The notes under the pieces are model-generated. The model worked only from the letters and a program-made list of their open reading frames with translations, did not search any database and was not told where the DNA came from. Below, one piece after another: positions 47,741-57,943 of a stretch of 61,084 nucleotides of DNA; position 1 is the first letter of the stretch; the number at the start of each line of letters is the position of its first letter. This DNA comes from Minisyncoccota bacterium (GTDB taxonomy: Bacteria > Patescibacteriota > Microgenomatia > UBA1400 > PJMF01), in the NCBI GenBank assembly GCA_029881675.1, contig JAOUMD010000003.1, positions 1-61,084 of the forward strand. The letters are read 5' to 3'. The translations under genes were made by a program, and so were the position numbers.

Positions 47741-50689
47741 TTAGCTAAGCTTTAATTCTTCCTTTAGATATTTACCTGTAAAACTCTTTTCTATGAGAGC
47801 TACATTGGCTGGTGTTCCTGTTGCTAGAACTTCTCCACCAAACTCTCCACCTTCTGGTCCTAAGTCAATTAACCAGTCGGAGTTTTTGATAATATCTAAG
47901 TTATGTTCAATCATAATAACGGTGTTATTTTGTTCAACCAATTGATGAAGAATCTCTAGAAGTTTTTGGACATCTTGGAAGTGAAGACCGGTTGTAGGTT
48001 CATCTAAGAGATATACAACATGATCCCTTGTCCTAGTAGAAAGTTCTTTTGCTAGTTTTACTCTTTGAGCTTCTCCTCCACTGAGAGTAGGAGCAGGTTG
48101 ACCAAGTTGAATATATCCAAGTCCAACATCCATAAGAGTTTTAAGTTTTCCTCTAATGGTGCCATTGGTGGCAAAGAAATCATATGCTTCAGAGACGTTC
48201 ATTTTAAGAACATCACTAATGTTTTTCTTTTTGTATGTGACTTGTAGAGTCTCATCGTTGTACCTGGTAGAATTACAAACATCACAGGCAACATAGACAT
48301 CAGGAAGGAATTGCATTTCAATCTTTAATTGTCCATCACCTTGGCAAGCTTCACATCTGCCCCCTTTGACATTGAAACTGAATCTCCCAGCTTTATATCC
48401 TCTTAGTCTGGCTTCTTTGGTATTTTCAAAAAGTTTTCTGACATAGTCAAAGACTTTTGTATATGTGGCTGGATTAGATCTTGGTGTTTTTCCAATCGGG
48501 CTTTGGTCAATTAGGTTTACTCTTTTGACTTTTTCATGGACTTTTATTTCATCAATATGACCAATTTTTTCTTTGATTGAATATCCAATTGTTTTGGCTA
48601 GGTTGTAGTAGAGTGTATCGTGTAAGAGGGTTGATTTACCTGATCCTGAGATTCCAGTAATACAAGTTATTTTACCTAAAGGGAAATTAACATCAATGTT
48701 TTTTAGATTATGGTGGCTTGCTCCTGTAACGCTAATTTGTCCTTTACTGGCAAAAGTAGCTTGGGTAAGCGGCTTACCTGTTATCTCTCTAGTAACATCT
48801 TTTTTCCTTTTGAGGTATTTACCAGTGAGAGACTTTTTATTTTTCATTATTTCTTCTGGAGTACCGTTTGCAACAATTTCACCACCATGGACACCTGCTT
48901 TTGGTCCAAAGTCATAAATATAGTCAGCGTTAAGCATGACATCACGGTCATGTTCAACAACAATGACAGTGTTACCTTTGTCTCTGAGATTTTTAAGTGT
49001 TTCAATGAGTTGGTCATTATCTCTTTGGTGTAGACCAATGGTAGGTTCGTCAAGAATATATAAAACACCGGTTAGACCTGTTCCAATTTGTGAAGCTAAT
49101 CTAATTCTCTGTGCTTCTCCACCAGCCAGAGTTCCAGCTTCTCTATCTAAACTTAGGTAGTTTAGGCCTACTGAGTTAAGGAAGGAAAGTCTTAAAGTTA
49201 TTTCTTTGAGTATAGAGTCACCAATTAACATTTCTTTATTATTTAGAATGTCTTTGTTCCAAACCTTATTTAGCCAACTGATTGTTTTTGTGATTGGAAG
49301 TTTTGTGGTTTGGGCAATGTTTCTGCCATTAATAAGAACATTGAGTGCTTCTTGTTTTAACCTTGCACCTTTACAAGTTGGGCAAGTTTGTTTTTGCATG
49401 AAGTTACTGATTTCTTTTCTAATAAAATCAGAATCAGTTTCAATGTATCTTCGTTCTAGGTTTGTGATAAAACCTTCAAACTTTTGTTTTGTTTCTTTTT
49501 CATTACCATAGCTATCTACCTTAGATACTTGGTAAATCTTTTTTGAGCCATGAAGTAATATTTGTTGTGTTTTGATGTCAAATTCTCTCCAAGGAGTTTT
49601 TCTATAATCATAACCACGATCAATTATTACCGCAGTAACTAGGTCTGACCACCAAGTTCCATTGGATAAGGCACTAGCAAAAGGAATGATAGCTCCTTCA
49701 CTAAGTGTTAGTTCTGAAGCGATAATCTTTTCTTGATTAACTTTTAATCTTGAACCAAGTCCATTACAAGTCTCACAAGCGCCTTGAGGTGAATTAAATG
49801 AGAACATTCTTGGCTCTAACTCATTGATGGAAATACCACAGTGGCTACAAGCTAAGTTTTCACTAAATAATTTGTCTTCGTAATTTTGAGGATTCTCTGG
49901 GAAAGTAAAACTTGAGTCTTCAATAAAGCTGGCCATGACATAGCCATCAGATAATCTAAGAGACTCTTCAATGGTTTGAGAAAGACGACCTTTGAGAGTT
50001 TTTAATTCTTTTTCATCTCTAAGTTGTTTTTTGGAAATACTAAGACGATCAATGACAACACTAATAGTATGATTATTGTTTTTAAGTAAATCTATCCCAA
50101 GTGGGAGTTGATATGTTTGGCCATCAATTCTAACGCGGGCATAACCCTTCTTTTGTAGTGAGGCAAGCAAGCCTTCAAATTCACCTTTTCGATTTCTAAC
50201 AACAGGGCTAAGAATCATAAACCTAGTGACTTCACCATTAGCTTTTTGTTCTAATTCATTAACAATCTGGCTAATGATCTGGTCTACACTTTGTGTAGAG
50301 ACTTCGCGGCCACAGTTAGGACAATGAGGGTGTCCAATTCTGGCATATAAAAGTCTTAAGTAGTCATAAATTTCTGTGATTGTTCCGACAGTAGAACGAG
50401 GATTATTTGAGGTAGTTTTTTGGTCAATCGAAATAGCAGGGCTAAGTCCATCAATTTGATCTACATCAGGTTTTGTCATTAGACCTAAGAATTGTCTAGC
50501 ATAACTAGAAAGAGACTCTACATATCTTCTTTGACCTTCGGCATACAAAGTATCAAAGGCCAAAGAGCTTTTCCCACTACCAGAAAGACCTGTGAAAACT
50601 ACAAGCTTATTCTTTGGAATTTCTACACTAATGTTTTTAAGATTATGTTCTCTTGCTCCTGTGATGGAAATTGTTGACTGTGTACTCAT
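47741..50689 (-). CDS. uvrA: Excinuclease ABC subunit A
   Basis: GAREHNLKN, two Walker A motifs, Zn fingers and LSGGEAQR. Confidence 0.98.
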   Translation of the reverse strand: MSTQSTISITGAREHNLKNISVEIPKNKLVVFTGLSGSGKSSLAFDTLYAEGQRRYVESLSSYARQFLGLMTKPDVDQIDGLSPAISIDQKTTSNNPRSTVGTITEIYDYLRLLYARIGHPHCPNCGREVSTQSVDQIISQIVNELEQKANGEVTRFMILSPVVRNRKGEFEGLLASLQKKGYARVRIDGQTYQLPLGIDLLKNNNHTISVVIDRLSISKKQLRDEKELKTLKGRLSQTIEESLRLSDGYVMASFIEDSSFTFPENPQNYEDKLFSENLACSHCGISINELEPRMFSFNSPQGACETCNGLGSRLKVNQEKIIASELTLSEGAIIPFASALSNGTWWSDLVTAVIIDRGYDYRKTPWREFDIKTQQILLHGSKKIYQVSKVDSYGNEKETKQKFEGFITNLERRYIETDSDFIRKEISNFMQKQTCPTCKGARLKQEALNVLINGRNIAQTTKLPITKTISWLNKVWNKDILNNKEMLIGDSILKEITLRLSFLNSVGLNYLSLDREAGTLAGGEAQRIRLASQIGTGLTGVLYILDEPTIGLHQRDNDQLIETLKNLRDKGNTVIVVEHDRDVMLNADYIYDFGPKAGVHGGEIVANGTPEEIMKNKKSLTGKYLKRKKDVTREITGKPLTQATFASKGQISVTGASHHNLKNIDVNFPLGKITCITGISGSGKSTLLHDTLYYNLAKTIGYSIKEKIGHIDEIKVHEKVKRVNLIDQSPIGKTPRSNPATYTKVFDYVRKLFENTKEARLRGYKAGRFSFNVKGGRCEACQGDGQLKIEMQFLPDVYVACDVCNSTRYNDETLQVTYKKKNISDVLKMNVSEAYDFFATNGTIRGKLKTLMDVGLGYIQLGQPAPTLSGGEAQRVKLAKELSTRTRDHVVYLLDEPTTGLHFQDVQKLLEILHQLVEQNNTVIMIEHNLDIIKNSDWLIDLGPEGGEFGGEVLATGTPANVALIEKSFTGKYLKEELKLS

Positions 50690-50781
50690 TTATTCTTGAT
50701 GTTCACGAATTTTTAAAGAATAACCATTATAACCTGTTTTGCCTGGTCTCTCAATGGTCTATGTTGGATAATTGGATTGAA

Positions 50782-52908
50782 TTAAGATTCAATTTCTTTA
50801 ACTTTGTCTCTAATTTGAGCAGCTAGTTCAAAATTAAGATTAGTTGCTGCTATTCTCATTTCTGTTTTTAGTTTTTTGATTAAATCCTTTTTATCAAAAG
50901 GTGTTAAATAATCTACATTTACTTTGAGGAATTCTGGTAAATTACTTTTTTTCTTTTTAATTTCAAAACCCAAGTTGTTGTTCTTCTTTCCTCTGCCTTC
51001 TTTTCTCTCATCACCTTGAGTTTTCTTTATCATTCTTTCTCTGATTGGTTTATCAATTGTAGTTGGAGTGATACCATGAAGTTCATTATATTTTATTTGA
51101 GCTTCTCTTCTTCTTTTTGTTTCATTAATTGCCAAGTCCATTGATTTTGTAATACGATCTGCATACAAAATGGCAATCCCCTTTGAGTGTCTAGCAGCTC
51201 TACCAATGGTTTGGATAAGAGAGGTTCTTGACCTTAAGAAACCTTCTTTATCAGCATCAAGGATAGCGACAAGAGTTACTTCAGGTAAATCTAAACCTTC
51301 TCTAAGTAAGTTAATTCCTACGATGACATCATAAACACCTTTTCTTAAATCAGCTAAGATATCTGATCTTTCCATGGTATCAATATCAGAGTGTAGATAG
51401 GCCACCTTTGGTAATAGTGGTTCTAACTCTTCCTTACTCATTTGTGGAACTAATTTTGCAATTTTTTCTTTGTCATTGAGGTAGTCAGTTAGAGCCTCTG
51501 ACATTTTTTTAGTTAAAGTTGTGACAAGGACTCTTTGACCCATCTTTTTTCTGTCTAATATTTCTACAATTAAGTTCTCAACCTGTCCCTTGGTTGGTCT
51601 TATCTCAACTTCAGGATCAAGCAAACCAGTTGGTCTAACCAGTTGCTCTGTAACTTTTCCTCCAGCCATAGAAATTTCCCATTCATTGGGAGTAGCACTG
51701 ACATAAATAAACTGGTCATTTGCTTCCATGAATTCGTGGAATTGTAATGGTCTGTTATCCAATGCACTAGGTAATCTGAAACCGTAATCAATCAAATTCT
51801 TTTTTCTGGCTTGGTCACCATTGAACATACCTCTAACCTGAGGAACACTCATATGACTTTCATCAACAATGGTTAAAAATCCCCCAGTATTAAATATTTT
51901 TGTGTTTTCTTTAAAGTAGTCAATTAAGGTAAAAGGTGGGTCACCAGGTTTTCTACCATCAAAGTAGCGAGTGTAGTTTTCTATTCCACTAGTAAAACCA
52001 AATTCTCTAATCATCTCTAAGTCATAGTTAACTTTTTGATTTAGTCTGTATGCTTCAATAGGTTTGCCAGCATCTTCTAACTCTTTTACTCTCATGTCCA
52101 AATCTCTTTTGATATTTTCCATAGCCATTGTCTTGGAGACAGGATCAATCATGAAATGTTTGGCTGGATAGATAGTAACAGTCATTGGAATATCACCTTC
52201 ATTATCTTCAATGATAGGAGTTCCTGTTGTTGGATCAACCCAGTTAAGGCTAGTTACTTTATTCTCCAAAGTATCAATTGTGATAGCTCTGTCTTCATAA
52301 GCAGGCCAAATTTGGATGATATCTCCCCTCACCCTATACTTTCCTCTAAGTAAGTCAGAATCTGATCTTTCATACTGTAGATTGCTTAAACCTAATAAAA
52401 GATCATTTCTAGATAGTTGTTCACCTTCAGTGATATTGAGGGTGTAATTACCATATTCCTCAGGAGAACCTAAGTTATAAATACAAGAAACAGAAGCAAT
52501 GATAATGGTGTCTTTTCTGGTTAAAAGATTCATTGTCGCAGAAAGTCTTAACCTATCTATTTCTTCATTGATTGTAGATGCCTTTTCAATATAGGTATCA
52601 CTACTGACGATATATGCCTCAGGTTGGTAATAGTCATAGTATGAGACAAAGTAACTAACGGCATTATCAGGAAAGAACTCTTTGAATTCTTGATAGAGTT
52701 GTGCAGCTAATGTTTTGTTATGAGCAATGATTAAGGTAGGCTTCTGTGTTTTCTCAATAATATTGGCCATGGTAAAGGTCTTACCAGACCCTGTTACACC
52801 AAGGAGTACCTGGTTTTCTTCACCATTAATAACTCCCTTAGAGAGTTCTTTGATTGCTTGTGGTTGATCTCCAGTCGGTTTAAAACTAGAGTTTAACTTA
52901 AATTCCAT
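50782..52908 (-). CDS. uvrB: Excinuclease ABC subunit B
   Basis: PTGDQP, GVTGSGKT, SYYDYYQPEAY, DESH and GRAAR motifs. Confidence 0.98.
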   Translation of the reverse strand: MEFKLNSSFKPTGDQPQAIKELSKGVINGEENQVLLGVTGSGKTFTMANIIEKTQKPTLIIAHNKTLAAQLYQEFKEFFPDNAVSYFVSYYDYYQPEAYIVSSDTYIEKASTINEEIDRLRLSATMNLLTRKDTIIIASVSCIYNLGSPEEYGNYTLNITEGEQLSRNDLLLGLSNLQYERSDSDLLRGKYRVRGDIIQIWPAYEDRAITIDTLENKVTSLNWVDPTTGTPIIEDNEGDIPMTVTIYPAKHFMIDPVSKTMAMENIKRDLDMRVKELEDAGKPIEAYRLNQKVNYDLEMIREFGFTSGIENYTRYFDGRKPGDPPFTLIDYFKENTKIFNTGGFLTIVDESHMSVPQVRGMFNGDQARKKNLIDYGFRLPSALDNRPLQFHEFMEANDQFIYVSATPNEWEISMAGGKVTEQLVRPTGLLDPEVEIRPTKGQVENLIVEILDRKKMGQRVLVTTLTKKMSEALTDYLNDKEKIAKLVPQMSKEELEPLLPKVAYLHSDIDTMERSDILADLRKGVYDVIVGINLLREGLDLPEVTLVAILDADKEGFLRSRTSLIQTIGRAARHSKGIAILYADRITKSMDLAINETKRRREAQIKYNELHGITPTTIDKPIRERMIKKTQGDERKEGRGKKNNNLGFEIKKKKSNLPEFLKVNVDYLTPFDKKDLIKKLKTEMRIAATNLNFELAAQIRDKVKEIES

Positions 52909-52993
52909 AGTCTATATTTTATCAGGAATAGCTAGATATATTGGGGTGTTTTATTAATTGGGTTATTTGTTAGTAAAAAATGTTGGGGAAATG

Positions 52994-53025
52994 AAAAACC
53001 GCCTCCAATAGATGAAAGCGGTTTT
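52994..53025 (-). terminator. Intrinsic terminator of the 69-aa gene
   Basis: Minus strand AAAACCGCTTTCA-tctat-TGGAGGCGGTTTT-T. Confidence 0.75.
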
Positions 53026-53097
53026 GTGCGAGGGGGTTCTTATGGTGGCCCCTATTGTAAGGTTAGCACTCATTACCCTGAGTGGGAGGGAGGAAAG

Positions 53098-53307
53098 TTA
53101 TCGGCGACAGTTTGCATGTTCCCATGTTTTATTACGCCAGATAAAATTACCAATGCAATCTCCTTCTCCGATACCACTTTCCCATGGGAAAAGCTCTTTA
53201 TCGTCATCGTGTATCCAACCGAACCATTTATTGTAGGTATAATCAAATAAGCGTTTATGAGCTTGTCCGTGAATACCTTTGCCTGTAGGTTTAGTTGATT
53301 CTGACAT
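53098..53307 (-). CDS. 69-aa protein, possible divergent cold-shock/OB-fold
   Basis: Own consensus promoter, AAAGGA SD and terminator; KWFGWI...ELF resembles RNP1/RNP2. Confidence 0.6.
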   Translation of the reverse strand: MSESTKPTGKGIHGQAHKRLFDYTYNKWFGWIHDDDKELFPWESGIGEGDCIGNFIWRNKTWEHANCRR

Positions 53308-53373
53308 GATGTTTCATCCTTTATCAGTTAAATTTGAGATTAACAAAAATTTGTCTTGCCTTACAGAAACGTA

Positions 53374-53402
53374 ATTATACACAACACCTATGTAATTGTC
53401 AA
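53374..53402 (-). promoter_or_regulatory. Consensus sigma70 promoter
   Basis: TTGACA-N17-TATAAT on the minus strand. Confidence 0.8.
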
Positions 53403-53473
53403 TAGTTATAGGATGATTAAAGTGATGTTATTAAACATTCTTCTTTTTAAATAATATAAGTTACAATAAAACC

Positions 53474-54022
53474 ATGCTTTCAATATCCACAAAAACAGGT
53501 GATCAGGGTAAATCTTCTTTAATTGGTAAGAAGAGATATGATAAGGATAGCTTGGTATTTACTGTACTAGGTGATATTGATGAACTGAATTCTTGGATTG
53601 GGGTAGTTGTTTCTCACTTGAAACTAAGGACTACAAAGCCCCATAAAAAGTTATTAAAACAGCTCTTAGATGTTCAAGAAAAGCTCTTTACTCTCAGCGC
53701 CCAAATAGCCGGATCAGATAAGGTCGAATTAACCTCATCTGATCTCAAAAGGATTGAATCACAGAGCAAAGTAATTCAGCAGTCTTTGTCTGAGAACTGG
53801 CATAGTAAGTTTATATATCCCGGTGGTTCTCCCCTAGCTGCTTGGACTGATTTAGCTAGAGCTGTTTGTCGTCGTGTTGAAAGAAGTGTCGTTACTTATA
53901 GTAAAAGTAATGAGCTCCCTCCATTAGTTTTTAAGTATATTAATCGTCTTTCTGACTACTTATATTTAGTAAGATGTCAGATTAATGACTTGGATGATAT
54001 TAACGAAACTGAGTTTAATTAA
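53474..54022 (+). CDS. PduO-type ATP:cob(I)alamin adenosyltransferase
   Basis: TKTGD.G, G.IDELNS, F..PGG, AR.VCRR.ER and NRLSDY motifs. Confidence 0.9.
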   Translation: MLSISTKTGDQGKSSLIGKKRYDKDSLVFTVLGDIDELNSWIGVVVSHLKLRTTKPHKKLLKQLLDVQEKLFTLSAQIAGSDKVELTSSDLKRIESQSKVIQQSLSENWHSKFIYPGGSPLAAWTDLARAVCRRVERSVVTYSKSNELPPLVFKYINRLSDYLYLVRCQINDLDDINETEFN

Positions 54023-54639
54023 TATTGAAATTTCCTAATTAATCCTACGCATCTACCTTGAATTTTTACGTTGGTGGTAAAAATTGGGCTCATAGTTGAG
54101 TTAGCTGGTTCTAGTCTGACTCTAGTTAATTCTTTGTAATATCTTTTGAGTGTAGCTAATCCGTTATCAAGTAGAGCGACAACAATATCTCCGTTGTTTA
54201 CATCTTGAGTCTCTTCGATAACAACAAAGTCACCATCATCAATGTGGTCTTCAATCATAGATTGACCTTTGACTTGGAGAACATAAGAACGTTTCTTTCC
54301 TGAAATCATTTCTGGTGAAACTTTGAAAGTTGCGTTTTGATCAGCGTGAGTTTCAATTGGTTGTCCTGCAGCAATGTAACCCATGAATGGAAGATCGACA
54401 CTATCTGTCATTCTAAGGAATGTACGGTCAATTAATTCTATACCTCTAACAGCACCTTCATGTTTCTTAATCACTTTTTTTCTTTGAAGGGCTTGGAGAT
54501 GTTCATGGACTGTAGCAAGTGAAGATACTCCAATGCAGTTTGCAATTTCTTTAAGAGTTGGAGAGTAACCATTTTTTTGGATATACTGCGCAATAAAGTC
54601 TACGATTTGGCGTTGTCTTTTATAAAGAGTGATAGGCAT
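54019..54639 (-). CDS. lexA: SOS repressor LexA
   Basis: PT..EIA HTH, IAAG cleavage site, GQSM (Ser) and TLKR (Lys). Confidence 0.95.
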   Translation of the reverse strand: MPITLYKRQRQIVDFIAQYIQKNGYSPTLKEIANCIGVSSLATVHEHLQALQRKKVIKKHEGAVRGIELIDRTFLRMTDSVDLPFMGYIAAGQPIETHADQNATFKVSPEMISGKKRSYVLQVKGQSMIEDHIDDGDFVVIEETQDVNNGDIVVALLDNGLATLKRYYKELTRVRLEPANSTMSPIFTTNVKIQGRCVGLIRKFQY

Positions 54640-54797
54640 GAGTGGTCTTTCTGTAGTTTTTATATGCGTAGGTTACCCGTATTAAACTAAGAATAACCGA
54701 AACTAAACCAAACTGACAATCACATCTTTGAGCATATAAATATATCAAACAACATCGGTGGCGAAGAAAGGGCGTAACACCCGAATAAAACTAGACC

Positions 54798-55445
54798 CTA
54801 ATCTTTTCTAAAACGATTAGAAAATCTAATAAATTTTTCTTTAACTGTCTCTTTAAGGAATTTTTGCTCAATGAATGGGATACCAATTTTGTATAGTCCT
54901 ACGATGGTAATGAGACCTACTGTTGCAATGGCAATTACTTTATCAAACTCATGGAGTAAGAAATTACTGACAGAGTCTCCAAAGAGATATACAAGACCAG
55001 CTAGGAGCATATATCTAGTTCCTCTTCCTGCTAATGAGGTAAGTATAAATTTCATAAAGTTAAGGTCAAAAACACCGGCAGCGATAGTAAATACTTTAAA
55101 GGGAATCGGTGTAAAAGCAGAGATAAAAATAGCTCCAGTGTCATAACGATGGAACATTGTCTGGACTTTATTTGTTTTCTCTTTTGAGAAGAGTTTATTT
55201 AAGATTGGTTGTCCACCCTTTTTACCTATAAAGTATCCGAATGCAGCTCCAAAGACTGAGGCAATAGTAGTAATAACACCATAAAGTAATGCTAGTTCTT
55301 TATTAGCGAGAGCCATTGGGATTAATAGAACTTCTGGAGGGATAATAAAGAATGCTGATTCTGAAAGTGATAGTGAGCTTAATACAATTAATGCATATGG
55401 GCTAGCAACCCAGTTGTTTATAAATTCTGTACTTATTATTGTCAT
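54798..55445 (-). CDS. DedA/YqaA (VTT domain) membrane protein
   Basis: ES.FF.IPP..LL.P, FTPIPFKV and GR..RY motifs. Confidence 0.9.
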   Translation of the reverse strand: MTIISTEFINNWVASPYALIVLSSLSLSESAFFIIPPEVLLIPMALANKELALLYGVITTIASVFGAAFGYFIGKKGGQPILNKLFSKEKTNKVQTMFHRYDTGAIFISAFTPIPFKVFTIAAGVFDLNFMKFILTSLAGRGTRYMLLAGLVYLFGDSVSNFLLHEFDKVIAIATVGLITIVGLYKIGIPFIEQKFLKETVKEKFIRFSNRFRKD

Positions 55446-55560
55446 TTTTTTCTTTCTAGTTTTTAGATCTTTAATTCTAAATTTTATCTATATTGTTTTC
55501 TTTAAGTGTATCAAAAGTTTATCTTTTCGCACACTAGAGTTATATTTTTTAATTAGAATA

Positions 55561-56010
55561 TTATTTTACTATGCTTGGTTTTACTTTATCTCTTTTTTTT
55601 AGAAAGTGGAGGTGATAAGTTTTTCCTAAGCGCTCTGGATATTTATTTATATATCTATGCCTAAATGCACGGAGATCAATTGGGGGTGTTAATGCTCGGT
55701 TCCACTGAGGTCTTTCTAAAAGTTGATTTGTTTCTGGGTGGTCTTGGTCAAAAAATGCTAAATGAATATAATATTGCTTTTGTTGATCCCATAGCCCAAC
55801 TGCTTGAGCTTGTTCTGGTACTAAAATATTTCCCACTATTGGAATATTTCCAATTTCTTCTAGGTGGTGCAATGTTAAATTTGAATGTGGGTCAACATAT
55901 TTTTCTTCTACAATGCATTCTAAGACATATAAGACTGCACTAATGCAATTACGACCTCTTCTTTGTTCTTGAATCTTTGATACACGACGAGAAAATTCTG
56001 ACTCTATCAT
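55561..56010 (-). CDS. Hypothetical protein
   Basis: 149-aa ORF directly after gpmI; NC...HLAF pattern only weakly suggests a papain-like fold. Confidence 0.6.
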   Translation of the reverse strand: MIESEFSRRVSKIQEQRRGRNCISAVLYVLECIVEEKYVDPHSNLTLHHLEEIGNIPIVGNILVPEQAQAVGLWDQQKQYYIHLAFFDQDHPETNQLLERPQWNRALTPPIDLRAFRHRYINKYPERLGKTYHLHFLKKRDKVKPSIVK

Positions 56011-56019
56011 TTATATTTA

Positions 56020-57942
56020 TTATAATAGTGCACGCCCGGTCATGGTGTCAGGTTTAGGTATACCCATAATTTTAAGCATTGTTGGGGCAACGTCAGCCAG
56101 TATTCCTGTTGGCAGCATGGTATTTTGGCCCATGAATTGTCGACTGATAATCATCAAAGGAACTGGGTAAATAGAATGCTCGGTGTCTTTTTCTCCAGTA
56201 TTATTGTTAATTAGTTCTTCAGCATTACCATGGTCTGCTGTAATAAAGACTACTCCACCTTTATTGACAACTGTTTTGACTAAGTCACCGACAACCTCAT
56301 CTACAATTTCACAAGCAGTGATAGTTGCCTCTAAGTTTCCAGTATGTCCAACCATGTCTCCATTACAAATATTAGTAATTACAACATCACATAGTTCGGC
56401 TTCTACACGTTTTTTTATTTCTGCAACAATTTCTCTTGCACTCATTTCAGGGGCAGTATCATATGACTTGACTCCCTTTGAAGGGATTGTAACGCGCTCT
56501 TCACCTGGATATAAGTCATTTTTTTGTCCATTCATATAGTAAGAGACAAAACGTTCCTTTTCTGTCTCAGTAGCTCTTAGTTGTCTTAAACCATGTTGAG
56601 CAAAAACTTGTCCTAAAGGACTTTTGACAAATTGAGGTGGGAAAGCAATGTCTACTGGGATACCATCTTCATATCTAGTCATTGTGACAAAGTACAGGTT
56701 CTTTAAAACTTTTTTTCTTGAAAAAGTAGCGCTAACTTGTGCTTCTTCTTTTTGAATATTAGTTTTTTCGTATTTTTCTTGGTAAGGGTCAAATGCTTCA
56801 GAAACTACACCACGTTCAAAGTCCGGTTGAACAAAGGCACGAGTGAGCTCACGAGGACGGTCAATACGGTAGTTAAAAAAGATTACTCCATCATTGTCAT
56901 TTATAACTAGAGGGGCTCCACTCTCATCACAGATTGTAATAGGCTCAATGAATTCATCAGTAATACTTTTGTCATACTGTGCTTGCATAGCTGAGATAGG
57001 ATCAGGACTACATTGACCAGAACCAGTAGTCAAAGCTGTGTATGATTTTTCAATTCTATCCCAACGTTTATCTCTATCCATGGCATAAAAACGACCCATT
57101 AAACTAGCAATTTTACCAACTCCTAGTTTTGCACAAAGGTCATTTATTTGTTGAACATAGTTAATTCCTGAGGTTGGAGGAGAGTCACGACCATCTGTAA
57201 AGCCATGAATATAGACTTTGGAAATACCTTGTTTTTTACAAAGGTTTAATAGTGCATAGAGATGTTCAATATTTGAGTGGACACCACCTGCTCCAATTAA
57301 TCCCATTAGATGTAGTGTAGAGTTGTTTTGCCTGACATGGTTAAAGGCATTAATGAATGCTGGTGTAGTATTAAAAGTACCATCAGCAATTGCCATATTA
57401 ATACGAGGAAGGTCTTGATAAACAATATTTCCTGCTCCAATATTAAGATGACCAGTCTCAGTATTTCCATCTTCACCATGAGGTAATCCAACTGCTTCTC
57501 CACTTGCAGCTAGCTGGGTATGTGGAAAACTCATCCAATATTTATCTAAGTTTGGAGTATTAGCTCTGGCAATAGCGTTTCCGGCATTATTTGGACCAAT
57601 TCCCCATCCATCAAGAACAATTAAAACAGCTGGACTAGGACCACTATATGCTTGTTGAGGGTGTGTAGCGTCAAATTCTTTACGAGAAATAATTGGTGGT
57701 TTTGGTTGTGGACTTAGGTTTTGAAGTTGTGGATCATCTGCAACAACAGGTTGTGAAGTTGCTGGGTTTACTGTTTGTGGTTCTGTCTGAGGAACTGTTT
57801 CTGTAGCCACTGCTTGCACAGGTTTATTGTTATGGCTATTTGGATCATAACCAACATCTCCAGGTTTTTTAATTACTGGTTCTTCCTTTTTGACAGGGAT
57901 TGTCATTGGTTGAGTAAAGTCGGCTGTATTTTGATTGTTCAT
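56020..57942 (-). CDS. gpmI: BPG-independent phosphoglycerate mutase with ~100-aa P/Q/T-rich N-terminal extension
   Basis: LDGWG, GNTETGH, DGRD, MDRD, ETEK, DMVGH and ADHGN motifs. ATG 57942 follows the eno stop. Confidence 0.92.
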   Translation of the reverse strand: MNNQNTADFTQPMTIPVKKEEPVIKKPGDVGYDPNSHNNKPVQAVATETVPQTEPQTVNPATSQPVVADDPQLQNLSPQPKPPIISRKEFDATHPQQAYSGPSPAVLIVLDGWGIGPNNAGNAIARANTPNLDKYWMSFPHTQLAASGEAVGLPHGEDGNTETGHLNIGAGNIVYQDLPRINMAIADGTFNTTPAFINAFNHVRQNNSTLHLMGLIGAGGVHSNIEHLYALLNLCKKQGISKVYIHGFTDGRDSPPTSGINYVQQINDLCAKLGVGKIASLMGRFYAMDRDKRWDRIEKSYTALTTGSGQCSPDPISAMQAQYDKSITDEFIEPITICDESGAPLVINDNDGVIFFNYRIDRPRELTRAFVQPDFERGVVSEAFDPYQEKYEKTNIQKEEAQVSATFSRKKVLKNLYFVTMTRYEDGIPVDIAFPPQFVKSPLGQVFAQHGLRQLRATETEKERFVSYYMNGQKNDLYPGEERVTIPSKGVKSYDTAPEMSAREIVAEIKKRVEAELCDVVITNICNGDMVGHTGNLEATITACEIVDEVVGDLVKTVVNKGGVVFITADHGNAEELINNNTGEKDTEHSIYPVPLMIISRQFMGQNTMLPTGILADVAPTMLKIMGIPKPDTMTGRALL

Positions 57943-57943
57943 A

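Noticed and set aside
53012..53250. Two 74-aa plus-strand ORFs
   Set aside because: Promoter, SD and terminator all support the minus-strand 69-aa ORF instead.
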